From contig CP154954.1 in NCBI GenBank assembly GCA_039621445.1, forward strand, positions 37,123,703-37,187,702: DNA of 64,000 nucleotides, read 5' to 3'. The stretch comes from Euglena gracilis. Its lineage: Eukaryota. The notes below the pieces were generated by a model, which was given only the letters and a program-made list of their open reading frames with translations, was not told the origin of the DNA and made no database searches. This document shows, in pieces, positions 25,981-36,091 of this stretch. Position 1 is the first letter of the stretch. Each line of letters opens with the position of its first letter. The translations under genes were made by a program, and so were the position numbers.

Positions 25981-26108
25981 AGGCCCTCTTCCTTCAGGAT
26001 GATGTACGTGCCCCGCAGGAAGTTGCCGTACCGCCGGTTGGCGCCGTAGTCATTCTGCAGGCGCACCTTGGTCGTCGTGCAGGACCGTCTGGGCGAACAC
26101 CTGCGTGG
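25981..26108 (-). pseudogene. Mitochondrial carrier (SLC25) family exon remnant
   Basis: TTKVRLQNDYGANRRYGNFLRGTYIILKEEGL matches the carrier repeat (KxRLQ...Y.....I.kEEG). Upstream VFAQTVLH is out of frame and the PxD signature is missing. Preceded by acceptor-like cccctcccccag. Confidence 0.7.
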
Positions 26109-26200
26109 CTGGGGGAGGGGGTCGTTGGGCAGTCGCTGCCGAAAGCCGACAAAGCCCACGGTGGCCGTTGCCAAGAAATCCCCCTGCCTCTGCCTGTACT

Positions 26201-26510
26201 TACCATTACCACCCCTAAATGACCCCCTCTTGTCCAGGCCAGGACCCCGGAGGGTCACTTAAGGGCAGGGGGTCACTCAGGGGGGGTCGAAAAAAAAAGG
26301 GTCTCGGACACCCCCTACCCCGTTTTTTTTGTAATTTTTTTGTGGAATTTGTGTTCTTTGGCATCAATGAAGAAGGAAAACTCACTTTTCTGAAAATCTC
26401 AAAAAATGGGTCGGTTTTGAAGACTTTTTCCTTGAAAAAAATTTTCCATTGTCCGGGCCCGGACCCCCGAGGGTCATTTAAGGTGGGGTCGTTTAGGGAG
26501 GGTAATGGTA
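26201..26510. mobile_element. TACCA...TGGTA MITE with cctaaa(t/c)gacccc motif
   Basis: TIR taccattaccacccctaaatgacccc / ggggtcgtttagggagggtaatggta. Confidence 0.88.
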
Positions 26511-26845
26511 TATGTCGCCTATGTGTCCGAGAAAAGAAATTAAAAATGTGTTCAGCCCGCCAAATGCCTGCCCTGAAATTCGTGGTCATGAACACGTTTT
26601 CAATGAGGGCATTTGTGGCAATGACACGTTTTCAGTGAAGGCATCCGGGTTCAGGCACGTTTTCAGTGAGGGCATCTGTGGCAACCCTGAGTAAAAAGCA
26701 AAAAACACTATCATGAAAAATCGGCGTGTGGTTGCGAGGCTGGGTGGTCCTCAACGAGTGAGGCGGGTCGGGGGCACTCTACAACACAACAGAAGGCTAG
26801 GTTGCCTTGGAGCACAACGAAACAGAGTGGCGGACATCACGGCAC

Positions 26846-27564
26846 ACGACACGCTTTACACAAGGAAACCGTGTTTAGGCCGATTTCGAGACTTTAAAAG
26901 TCTTAAATCTTCGCCCAAAACACGGTTTCGAACAAGAACAGTGTTTTGGGCCAAGGTTTTAGGGGGGCCCAGGGGCGACCGCGGCGCCTTCGGCGTCGCG
27001 GTCCCCGCCCCTGGGTTCCCCCTAACTCTTGGCCCGAACACAGTTTCTTGACACAAAAGAGCCATACGTTGGCTCTTTTGCCAAACCTTGGCAATGAAAA
27101 CGATATGCCAATCACAGACAACTTTGTTCACAAACAACTTTGTTTGTTTGGCGTCACAGACAACTTTGTTCAGCTCCACACAATTTGGATTTTTGGGAAT
27201 GTCAACACCACAAAAACCACATTTCTCGTGTTTTATTGGCAGTCGGGACACAGCACGAGGCATAGGGGGTTGGTCAGGGGACCACACACTGTTCGATGAC
27301 GCTCGCCTCATCGAACAACAGGCTGGGTTCCAGCTCCCATCCCGTCCAGGCAACAAAGAAAGCATCCAGCTCAGGATAACAGGCTTGCCGATGTTGACAC
27401 AGTTTGGCGAACTCCAAACAGTTGGCAACAGCAGCAAGCTCTGCACCTACGGAGCCGGACTTTTTCTTTGTGTTGCCCTGTGCCAGCAAGGTGCCATGAA
27501 GGGGGTCCGTCCTAGGGGGAGGTGGCAAAAGACCATTCACAAAGTTTGCCGTGCGTTTGGCCAT
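26846..27564 (-). pseudogene. Copy B coding remnant: N-terminal domain plus PHD finger, recombinase segment absent
   Basis: MAKRTANFVNGLLPPPPRTDPLHGTLLA...LEFAKLCQHRQACYPELDAFFVAWTGWELEPSLLFDEA, then CGFCGVDIPKNPNCVELNKVVCD, then (shifted frame) LAYRFHCQGLAKEPTYGSFV. The final CKAC lies beyond the 26861-27050 insertion. Confidence 0.78.
26861..27050. mobile_element. Small element inserted into the last CxxC region of the copy-B PHD finger
   Basis: Ends caaggaaaccgtgtt / aacacagtttcttg, with aca on both flanks. Paralogue at 24755-24960. Confidence 0.78.
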
Positions 27565-27611
27565 ATTGGCAGGGCTGCGGGAAAAAAGAAAAAAAGAAAA
27601 AAAGGGGGGGT

Positions 27612-27820
27612 GACACGTTTTCAGTGAGGGCATTTGTGGCAATGACACGTTTTCAGTGAAGGCATCCGGGTTCAGGCACGTTTTCAGTGAGGGCATTTGT
27701 GGCAATGACACGTTTTCAGTGAAGGCATCCGGGTTCAGGCACGTTTTCAGTGAGGGCATTTGTGGCAATGAGACGTTTTCAGTGAAGGCATCCGGGTTCA
27801 GGCACGTTTTCAGTGAGGGT
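27612..27820 (+). repeat. 63-bp tandem repeat built from two cacgttttcagtga half-units, ~3.3 copies; ~1.5 copies also at 26592-26684
   Basis: gacacgttttcagtgagggcatttgtggcaat-gacacgttttcagtgaaggcatccgggttca repeated directly. Confidence 0.92.
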
Positions 27821-28546
27821 GCCGTTTTTTGGGTCCGAATTTCACAAATTGGCGTTTTTGACCCCTTGCGTGAATCATGACCACGAATTTCAGGGCAGGC
27901 ATTTGGCGGGCTCTGAAAACGTTTTTAAACAAATTGTGGCTGAGCCCAGATTTCAGCCTGAAAACGTGTTCAGGGGCCCCCTTCGGGGGCCCCTGGCTGA
28001 ACACGTTTTCAGGCTGAAATCTGGGCTCAGCCACAATTTGTGTATAAAACATTTGCTCGTTGCAATCATCCATCAAGCATCAAGGGGGGGAGTGAAGGCC
28101 AGGAAGCATCAAATACAAAGGCGGGAACATGAGCTTTATTGTGACAATGGCAGTCCACTATACCACCACCACAGTACACCACAATACACCATGGAGGTGT
28201 AGGGGTCGGGGGGGAAGGGGGGTCGCGGGGGGAACATGGTAGTTTTTACGGGTCATATGTGACCGGTGTGACCTTACATCAACGTCGCATGTTACCTCCT
28301 CATGGTAGAAAAACTTCTTGCGCTCACGAAGGTTCGGTGGGATGAGATTGTTATTCCTGAAGTTTCAGCAAATTGAATTTCACAAAAAGTGCCGGTTGCA
28401 CAATTTTCCGAGCAACGCATTTCCGTAGCGGAGTCTCCAAAGAAATTTGCGCACTGAAAGTGCGCACCACAGCCAGTGGTGTAGAAACAATTTTTTCTCG
28501 AAGGGGGGGTGGCGAGATCCTGGGCTAGAAGCGAAGTTGGCACTGG

Positions 28547-28719
28547 CCATTCCCACCCCTTTATTGTCCCACCGACCTGCCCCCGGGAGGCCCGACCGGA
28601 CAATAAGGGGGGGGGACAATAAAGGGGTACCAAAGGAATTTCATTGACCGGGCCAAAAAAACCCCTCGTCGGCCGGGGCCCAGGGACAATAAAGGGGGGG
28701 TAATAAAGGGGGGGTGGTA
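28547..28719. mobile_element. TACCA-type MITE with ttattgtccc motif; further copies at ~36428-36597 and, inverted, ~37050-37213
   Basis: Shared ttattgtcccaccgacct...ggacaat...gtaccaaagga.tttcattg.ccgggccaaaaaaacccc. This copy ends gggggtggta. Confidence 0.8.
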
Positions 28720-30099
28720 AACAGAAAAATTCCAAACATAGCACCTTTTCAAAAATTTTTGGCGCCAAAGCATATCCCACTCCCCACAGGGGGGACCTCC
28801 CCGAGGGGGAGACCCACCCACCCTACCCCCCCCCCCAGGGGTCCACGACTAAAAAAAACCCCTGTGACCAATATTGTGTGTGTTGTTTTCTTTTTCCCGC
28901 CCGAAGGGCGGCGAGACGGTAGTGCTTTTTTTTGAAAGAAGGCATTGAACGTGACAAAAAAATGTGGTAAATTATTGACATGATGGCACAAATCCATTAC
29001 AATTTGGAAGCATTCAAGCCGCCAACGGGCGGCAAGACGGTGTTGCCTTTTGTGCTTTGGGGTTTCAAACGAGAACAAAATGCAAAAAAAAAGAGGTTGT
29101 TTCCCAAAACCCGCCCCCTCTGAGGCATTTTGCATGGAACAAAAAAAATCTATTTCCGCCTGAAGGGCGGCTGGACGGTAGTGCAATTTTCCCAAAAAAG
29201 CTTCCCCAAAAAGAGCAAATTTGTCAACAGAAATTGGTTGCTCTCTTAAAAATTGAACGTTACCAGCCTAGTCAAGATACATGTGCTGCAATGGAGATAT
29301 TGACAAACAACAACCCCAAATCGAAAAAAGGAAGACTTTTCCCCCCTCCAACCCATTAGTTTTGGGCTTGTTTGTCCGCCCAAAGGGCGGCGAGACAGTA
29401 GCGATGTCCAACAGCACAAACTTGGAAATTCAATGAAAAGTTGGGTTCTGAACCTGAAAGAATTTTTTCACAAACTGCAAAAAATTTTTGGAGGGTAACT
29501 TTTTTTCGGAGGGGGGTGAAAAAGTTTTGAGTCAAGAAAATCCTCGGTGGGGAGGACAAAAATACCTCAGGGGGGGGCGGCCGCCCCCTGCCCACCCCCC
29601 GGGGGGTGGGCATGCCATGGCGAGCCGTCCGGCCAGGGGGGGGGGGAGGGGGGTTTTTGGCGTGGCGGTCCCGGATGGGGGGGGGGGGGGGCGCGGGGGT
29701 TTTCCAAGAAAATTTTCTTTGGCGCCCTCGGCATGGCAAAATAGGGACCCCCCCCTTGGCCGAGTGTCCTCGTCAGACGTACTGAACCTCCATTGGGGTG
29801 GGCAGAGGGGGGGGGAGGTGGGTGGTCCGCGACCCCCGGTGAACTTTCAAACGGTGAACTGCACCTGGGGGGGGGACCCCAAAAGTTACCGCCTGATCTC
29901 CCATGCCCCCCCTCCCCAATTGGCCAATTGACCTCGGACAAGATAGACCAATTGGGAAGTCAGGAAGTCACAACAAATCTAACCATGCTGAAAAAATCGT
30001 ATTTTGCAAAAAAGCAGGGTTGGGGTCCTCACCCCGGGGGTGAGAAATGAAACAATTTGCACCTCACACAACACCCTGAGCATAAATCCTTTCCATTAC

Positions 30100-30216
30100 G
30101 CCATTGTTTGCACAACTGACCCCTCTTTATACTGGCAAAGCAAACTCCATGTGGCTCAAGAATTGGCCAAATTTGCCAAATTTTTGAACACCATTGCTGT
30201 TACGGAGAGCAGTTGT
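30100..30216 (+). pseudogene. hAT transposase dimerisation-domain fragment (N-terminal half)
   Basis: TTDPSLYWQSKLHVAQELAKFAKFLNTIAVTESSC fits DPxxyW.....xLaxxAkxxLxIxxTsxxC. It is cut just before the expected ERxFS by a cattggtgtagaaactgggg element end. Confidence 0.72.
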
Positions 30217-31214
30217 GGACATTGGTGTAGAAACTGGGGGGGGGGGGTCGGCACACCCCTCCCCCCCCTCACCGACCCCCTCGCCACGCCATTTTACCCC
30301 CCCCCCTTTTCAGACCCCCTCGCCACGCCATGTCAGCCGGGGAGGGGGTCTAGGACCCCCCGGTGAACTTTCAAACGGTGAACTTCACCATAGGGGGGGG
30401 GGGAGAGGGTCAAAATGACCAAAGTCTACTGCCTGATCTACCCTGACCCGAACCACCCCCATGGTGTAAAACTGTGGAAAAATATGCCAGAAACATATTT
30501 TAACACATCTGGAAGGTGTGTTGGGCGCCTGAGGCGCTAACATTGGAGTAGAAACTGGGGGGCGGTCGCCCCCCCCCCCCGAGAATTCCCCACCCGAGAA
30601 TTTTCTTGACTCAAGAATTCCCCCCCGAAATAAGTTACCATCCCCCCCCATTATGTACCCCCCATTATGTACCCCCTATATAATGGAGGTACATAATGGG
30701 GGTGTGCGGGGGGTCACGGGGGGGGGTCACAGGGGGGTCACGGGGGAAGTATGCCACTTTGGAGTTGGTCGGGAGGTAGCATCCAAGTTGTTGCATCCCA
30801 CCACGAAAAGGGCAGCACGCATCCTAATATTGGTGATTTTGGGGTCCAAAAAGTAATCATTTTTTGGCTATTTTGGGGCCATTTTTGAACCAAAAAAAAA
30901 GCCTTTTGGTTTGAAAGTGGTCATTTTTGTGTGATTATTATGTACAGAATTGGTCATTTTTTCATTTTTTGCAAAAGGAATTTTGTCAGGATTTTCTTGA
31001 CCGTTACATTTTTTGGGATGCATTTTGGCCCATTTTTGAAAAAATGGCCCAAAAATGGCTATTTTTGAAGGGGGGAAAAAAGCAAAGCTGGCAAAAAAAC
31101 GTGTTTTTGCTTTTTTTTCCCAAAAAAAAGTGATTTTTTGAAGAAGAAAAAAACACGTAAAAAAGTTTTTTTTTAAAAAAGATGGATTTTTCTTTGAAAA
31201 CACATTATTTGCCC

Positions 31215-31345
31215 CCCACCTCTCGGCATGGGTTTTGCAACTGAAGTTCCTTCATTGCCGGCCAACTTTTGAGAAACAAGAGGCAAAGCAAATCAAGAAC
31301 TCCCATTTTTGAAGACCACTCAGTCTGACGGTGAATTGGTCGTGG
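31215..31345 (-). pseudogene. Possible hAT transposase core fragment (TRWSS-like)
   Basis: Minus strand SPSD, frameshift, then WSSK...FLKSWPAMKEL. Resembles hAT PxxTRW(N/S)S but is short and degenerate. Confidence 0.3.
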
Positions 31346-32154
31346 ATGAAGCGGAAACAAGGCGCAACAGCTACTCGTCTTCACCATCACTGAGGTGAGA
31401 CAGTGTTTTTTCCCCCCAAAAAATTCCCAAAACCTCGTTGGCGTTTTTTTGTTTTTTTTTAAAAAAAGAACACAAAAAAACATTTTTTTGTTTTTATTTA
31501 TTGCCAGGTTTGAAAAAAAGTAGCCAAAAAATTCTGTTTTGGTTGCAGAAATGCACCAATTTTTGGCACTTTTTTAAAGGGAACAAGATTTTGGCCATTT
31601 TTGGGTGTGGAGGTGCGTTGGACGTTGGGTGCCAAAAAGGGGTTTGGTTGGGTGGGGTGAGGACAATTATTTTCTGTTTTTTTGGGGGGGGTCTTCCACA
31701 AAAATTTCATGTTTTCCCTCCCCCCTTTTTGCCATGAAATTCTTTCCCACTTGCGCAATCTCCCCTTTTGCCAAGTTTTGGGTCAAATTCATATGGCAAA
31801 GAAGCGCCATTGTTTGGGTCGAAAAAAAATTCCCCTCAAATCTTGGCATTTCTTTCAGCGCAAACTCTCAATGGTTTGAACCAGAAAATTGATGAAAAGC
31901 AACCAAAAACACCACCTAGACATCAAAAAGCAGGCTGAAATGATGAATGAAAAGAAAGGCCGAAGTGATGAAGGTTGATGCATTGTATGAAAATCGAAGG
32001 CTCGATTCTCGGGTCACGGGCGGGTCACGGGGGGGGGGGGTCACGGGGGGGGGGTCACGGGGGGAGCACCCCCAATGGGGGGGGGTGGTAGCTCACTGTC
32101 ATAACACTTTTCCTAAAGAATTTCCCAAAAAAGTGCTCAAAGATCGACGTTATT

Positions 32155-32406
32155 GGGGGGTTGGTACGCCGTGGCGAGGGGGTCCGAATAGGGGGGGGGG
32201 AGGGGGGATAAATGGCGTGGCGAGGGGGTCGGCGACCAGGGGGGGGGGGGGGGGGTGGACCATGGTTTTCCAGCAAAATTTTCGTTCAAAAAATCGCGAA
32301 AATCGCCGGTGGCGTGGCGAGGGGGTCCGGCTGGGGGGGGGAGGGGGGGTAAATGGCGTGGCGAGCCCCTCGGAGAGGGGGGGGGGGAGGGGTGTACCAA
32401 CCCCCC
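32155..32406. mobile_element. GGGGGGTTGGTAC-terminal MITE with 3-bp TSD (ATT)
   Basis: TIR as at 22700, flanked by att...att. The empty site is visible in the inverted paralogue near 33640-33670. Confidence 0.88.
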
Positions 32407-33717
32407 ATTGGGACGTTTTCAAAAAGTGACATTTGGCAAATGTGCTGAAAATTGACCATTTACTGCGAACATCCAAAAAGTTGCCAAAAATGACCCCTTT
32501 TGGGCTGTGGGGACCTGGGTACCCCCCCCATTGTGTACCATGCCCCCCATATTGTACCCCCCCTGGGAGCCATTTTCTGGGGGGGAGGTACATTATGGGG
32601 GGGTACAATACGGGGGGGGACAAGGTCATGGTCCATGGTCACTCCGATCGAAACCATACACAGTCAATCCAATGGGGGGGTACACATAGTTGGCAACCTG
32701 TTTTTTTTTGGACTTTGTTTTTTTTTTGGTTTTTTTTAATTCTAACAATGTTTTTTTTTAAAAAAAAAAAAAAAAACGCCAACAAGGTTTTGCTCGGAAA
32801 ATTTTTTGAATGCATATTTTCAATCATTTTTGGCAAGTTTTGGGGCATTTCTGCCAAATATTTCCTTAAACAAAAAATGAAAAAAGTCTTAAAGTTGCAT
32901 TTTCTTGCATTTTTTTGAATGTTTTTGACCATTTTTTTGGCAATTTTTGAACTTAGTAGGATTCGAAGTATGGTTTGGGTGTTTCATAACGAGTTTTTTC
33001 AATGAAATTTTCCTTTTGTTTTTTTTTGATGTTTTTTTTGGCGTTTCTTTTTGAAAAAACACGTTGTTTTGTTTTTTTTAAAAAAAATGCCAAGTATGGG
33101 GGTACATTATGGGGGGGCACAATATGGGGGGGGCATGGTGCCTCCCCCCCATTGTGTACCTCCCCCCAATTTCGGCCTCCCAGGGGGAGGTACACAATGG
33201 GGGGGGATGGTACATCGGTGTCGGAACAATTTTTTTCCCGGGGGGGGGGGCGAGGAACCGACAAAATTTGGCGCACATCCTTTTTTTTCCCGGCGCGAAT
33301 TTAATTTTAGCTTTTTTTGCCCATCCTCGGTCAGAGAAAGACACCAAATTTGGGATGTTTCAACCATAGCTGGCACTTCGTTTAAAACGAAGTCAAAAAA
33401 AAACACGTTTTTTTTGAAAAAAAAACAAAGAAAACGCCAGCTATGGCGTTTTAAAATGAATCCCAAGGAGATCCTGACCTTTTCAATGATGTTGTGTCAA
33501 AGTTTTGGTCTTGACACACCTTGACTGCCCCCCCCCCTATAATTGACCAGGCTTTGAAGAGTGCTGAGTCATTTTTGGCAACTTTTTGGATGTTCGCAAT
33601 AAATGGTCAATTTTAAGCACATTTGCCTAATATCACTTTTTGAAAACGTCCCAAAAACGTCGATTTTTGAGCACTTTTTTTGGGAAGTTCTTTAGAAAAA
33701 GCGTTATGACAGTGGGC

Positions 33718-33906
33718 CACCATCCCCCCCCCCATTATGCACCTCCCCCCCAGGGGGTACATAATGGGCCCTTTTGGGCTGTTCGAGGGTCGGGTCTGGG
33801 AATGGGACCTGGGTACCCCCCCCCATTGTGCACCTCCCCCCCCCATTATGTACCTCCCCCCCAATTTCGGCCTCCCGGGGGGAGGTACATAATGGGGGGG
33901 ATGGTA
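33718..33906. mobile_element. TACCA-type MITE with cattatgtacc motif; relatives at ~30638, ~32537 and ~33100-33212
   Basis: ccatcccccccccattatgcacctcccc ... ggggaggtacataatggggggggatggta. Confidence 0.75.
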
Positions 33907-34498
33907 ATGGACATTGGAAAGGAATGGGACTGCGAATATTGCAGATTTTCATTTTTTTCGATTTTTCGACTTTTTTGACCCGTTTTTCGTTTTTGGCCCG
34001 AACTCCATGAGTTTCGGGGCAAAACGGGGTGCTGGCGGGTCAAAAAACGCTCATTTTCGGCTCAAAAAAATAGAGCGCAGCCCGCCCGCTCCTACTGCCT
34101 GGCCTGCTGCCTCCCTTCAATCCCCCTGCTCGCGCGGGCTTACCGAAACCACCACAAACCATATTGTCCGCTCTGCATATGATGTGTGTTCCACACACCT
34201 TCTGTGCGTGCATATGCATGTGTGTGCGTGCGCGCGTGTATGCGTGCCCATGTTCATGTTTGTATCCGTGGACTGAGGCCCAAAACACACACTGTGTCTC
34301 GTGGACTGAAAAATAAAAGGTGTTTGCCAGAAATGCGAGGTGTTCTACATCTAATGCAATGCAGCAGGGCAGTGGAAAGATGGTCGCCGGATAACCGTGA
34401 GCTGTAACAGCTGAGAGACAATTGGCGCGAATTTGGAACAATGGTTGTCGGGACACGGAACGGCATAACAGACAACCAGGAGATGCCTTACTGACGCC

Positions 34499-35657
34499 TT
34501 ACTGACCAACACACGTCTCACAAATCCAGGACCCATGCTTTGGGGGACGCACCAGGTTAGCACACTTCCAGTGGTACGACAGCCCACACGCATCACAGAC
34601 CACAGCATTTAGCTCACGACAGGGTAGGTTCAAAGGAACGGTGACCCCACAAAACCCACAATTGGGACGGACAGGACGAGGGCGTTTGTTTGCCCGGGAG
34701 GAGGAGACGGCAGGGAAAAGGGAGGGAATGTTTGACATATCCTGGGCCACGTGCTCCGCAGATGGGGGAGCGCCAAAAATGGTCCACTTAGACTACTGAG
34801 CGCGGTTGCGCTCGACAGCCAGGTCGTCATCGTCGCGCTCCAGTTCCAGCGGCCAAGCGCGGGACGGCTGCGTGCAGAACTCGGGCTCCTCATCTATGAC
34901 GATGACCTTCGTTTTCCATCTTCGGTCCGCGTTTCCACAAAAGAGCCCACTTCCAACCGCCTCAAAACCTCACTTCGGTACCCCGTGCTGTACGCCAAAA
35001 TGAGGATGTTTGCACGTTGGCTCTCAAAAGGCTTGCGCCAATCCACGGAAGCCAGCACGGTAGGAAGTTCCTCGTCCTGAAGAATTTCCACAGGTGGGTG
35101 GGCAGCCGTACCCACAGCTTTCTAGGAACTCTCTCGCGTCAGAGCCGACGTCATGAGGCGGTTCAGTTGCGGAAACTGTTTTTTGGAAGATGGAACCGGA
35201 GTGCCGTCCGGGTCAACAGATGTGAACACCCGTGCGAGAGAGTTGAAATGACCTCGGACAGTAGAAGGCAGGTATGTCTCGAATTTGAATGTGGTGCCAC
35301 ACTGTGCCCGGCGTTGTTGCTCAGCTTGATTGATGGGGTAGCCTCATCAAACAAATATCTGGGGTCAATGACCCAACCAGCCCGTGCGGAAAAAAAGCTA
35401 TCCAGGTCCTCGTACCGAGCGTTCAGATGTTTACACACCTGCTGGAACTCCAACAGGCATGTAACAGCTACACGCTCAGCCTTTGCGGTCCCTTTTGGCT
35501 TGTCTTCCAACACGTTGGCCAACAACGTACCGTGTATTGGGTCAACAGCAGGGCCCTTCTGCAAATCGACCAAATACTTTTCCAGTGTAGCAACAAATTC
35601 ATCTGGTTTCGGGGGTCGGGGGAGCATGCGGTACACACTGTTTGCGGTCTTCTTCAT
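34499..35657 (-). pseudogene. Tyrosine recombinase (Crypton/DUF3504-like) - PHD finger fusion, with frameshifts, stops and loss of the catalytic C-terminal half
   Basis: Joined frames give MKKTAN...LFDE / ETYLPSTVRGHFNSLARVF...KKQFPQLNRLM...VEILQDEEL...QRANILILAYSTGYRSEVLRRL (Box I TGxR) / ...CGFC...VVCDACGLSYHWKC...WICETC (C4HC3). Confidence 0.8.
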
Positions 35658-35804
35658 TTTCCGAAAGAAGAAACTGCAAGGACAGGTAGTGGAATGTGGT
35701 TTAACTTGTCCACGAGAAACCTTTATGCTCTAAGCCAAAAGTTGCAGAAAGGCCAAGTTATTGGGGGGCACTCGTTGGTCGGACCAGTGGGAATTCTTGA
35801 TTTT

Positions 35805-35883
35805 TTCAGTTCACGAGGACACACACTGTGTCTCGTGGACTGCCAGTCCACGAGACACAGTGTGTGTCCTCGTGAACTGAAAA
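35805..35883. repeat. Perfect internal palindrome (39-bp arms, 1-nt spacer) matching the element termini
   Basis: tttcagttcacgaggacacacactgtgtctcgtggactg-c-cagtccacgagacacagtgtgtgtcctcgtgaactgaaa. Confidence 0.95.
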
Positions 35884-35981
35884 TTTGACAAACAATCGCA
35901 AAAAAATACGGGGTAGACATTGCGTGGCTAAGTTCCACGAGACACAGTGTGTGTCTTGGGCCTCTTAGTCAACGGATATAG

Positions 35982-36091
35982 ACAAAAATCGTCCATTGTC
36001 ACCCGGACATACCGTGTACCCGGGTTATGGGCGCCTTCGGCGCCCATAACCCGGACACACGGTGTGTCCGGGTGACATGGACGATTTTTGT
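35982..36091. repeat. ~110-bp hairpin with ccttcgg centre, abutting copy A
   Basis: acaaaaatcgtccattgtcacccggacat...ttatgggcgcc-ttc-ggcgcccataa...gtccgggtgacatggacgatttttgt. Confidence 0.92.

Larger units (their letters stand above)
26540..28041 (-). mobile_element. Decayed PHD-finger element homologous to the Crypton-like element at 34-36 kb (copy B)
   Basis: ~50-bp inverted repeats at 26540-26591 and 27875-27928. Internal 63-bp tandem repeats. Terminal hairpin at 27929-28041. The coding remnant is homologous to 34499-35657. Confidence 0.75.
34263..35978 (-). mobile_element. Internally deleted Crypton-like tyrosine-recombinase element with PHD finger (copy A)
   Basis: ~45-bp inverted termini tatccgtggactgaggcccaaaacacacactgtgtctcgtgga / tccacgagacacagtgtgtgtcttgggcctcttagtcaacggata. 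Internal perfect palindrome of the same motif. Encloses the YR-PHD pseudogene. Confidence 0.8.

Noticed and set aside
35017-35733. 238-aa plus-strand ORF
   Set aside because: It is the antisense shadow of the minus-strand YR-PHD remnant and has no recognisable motif.
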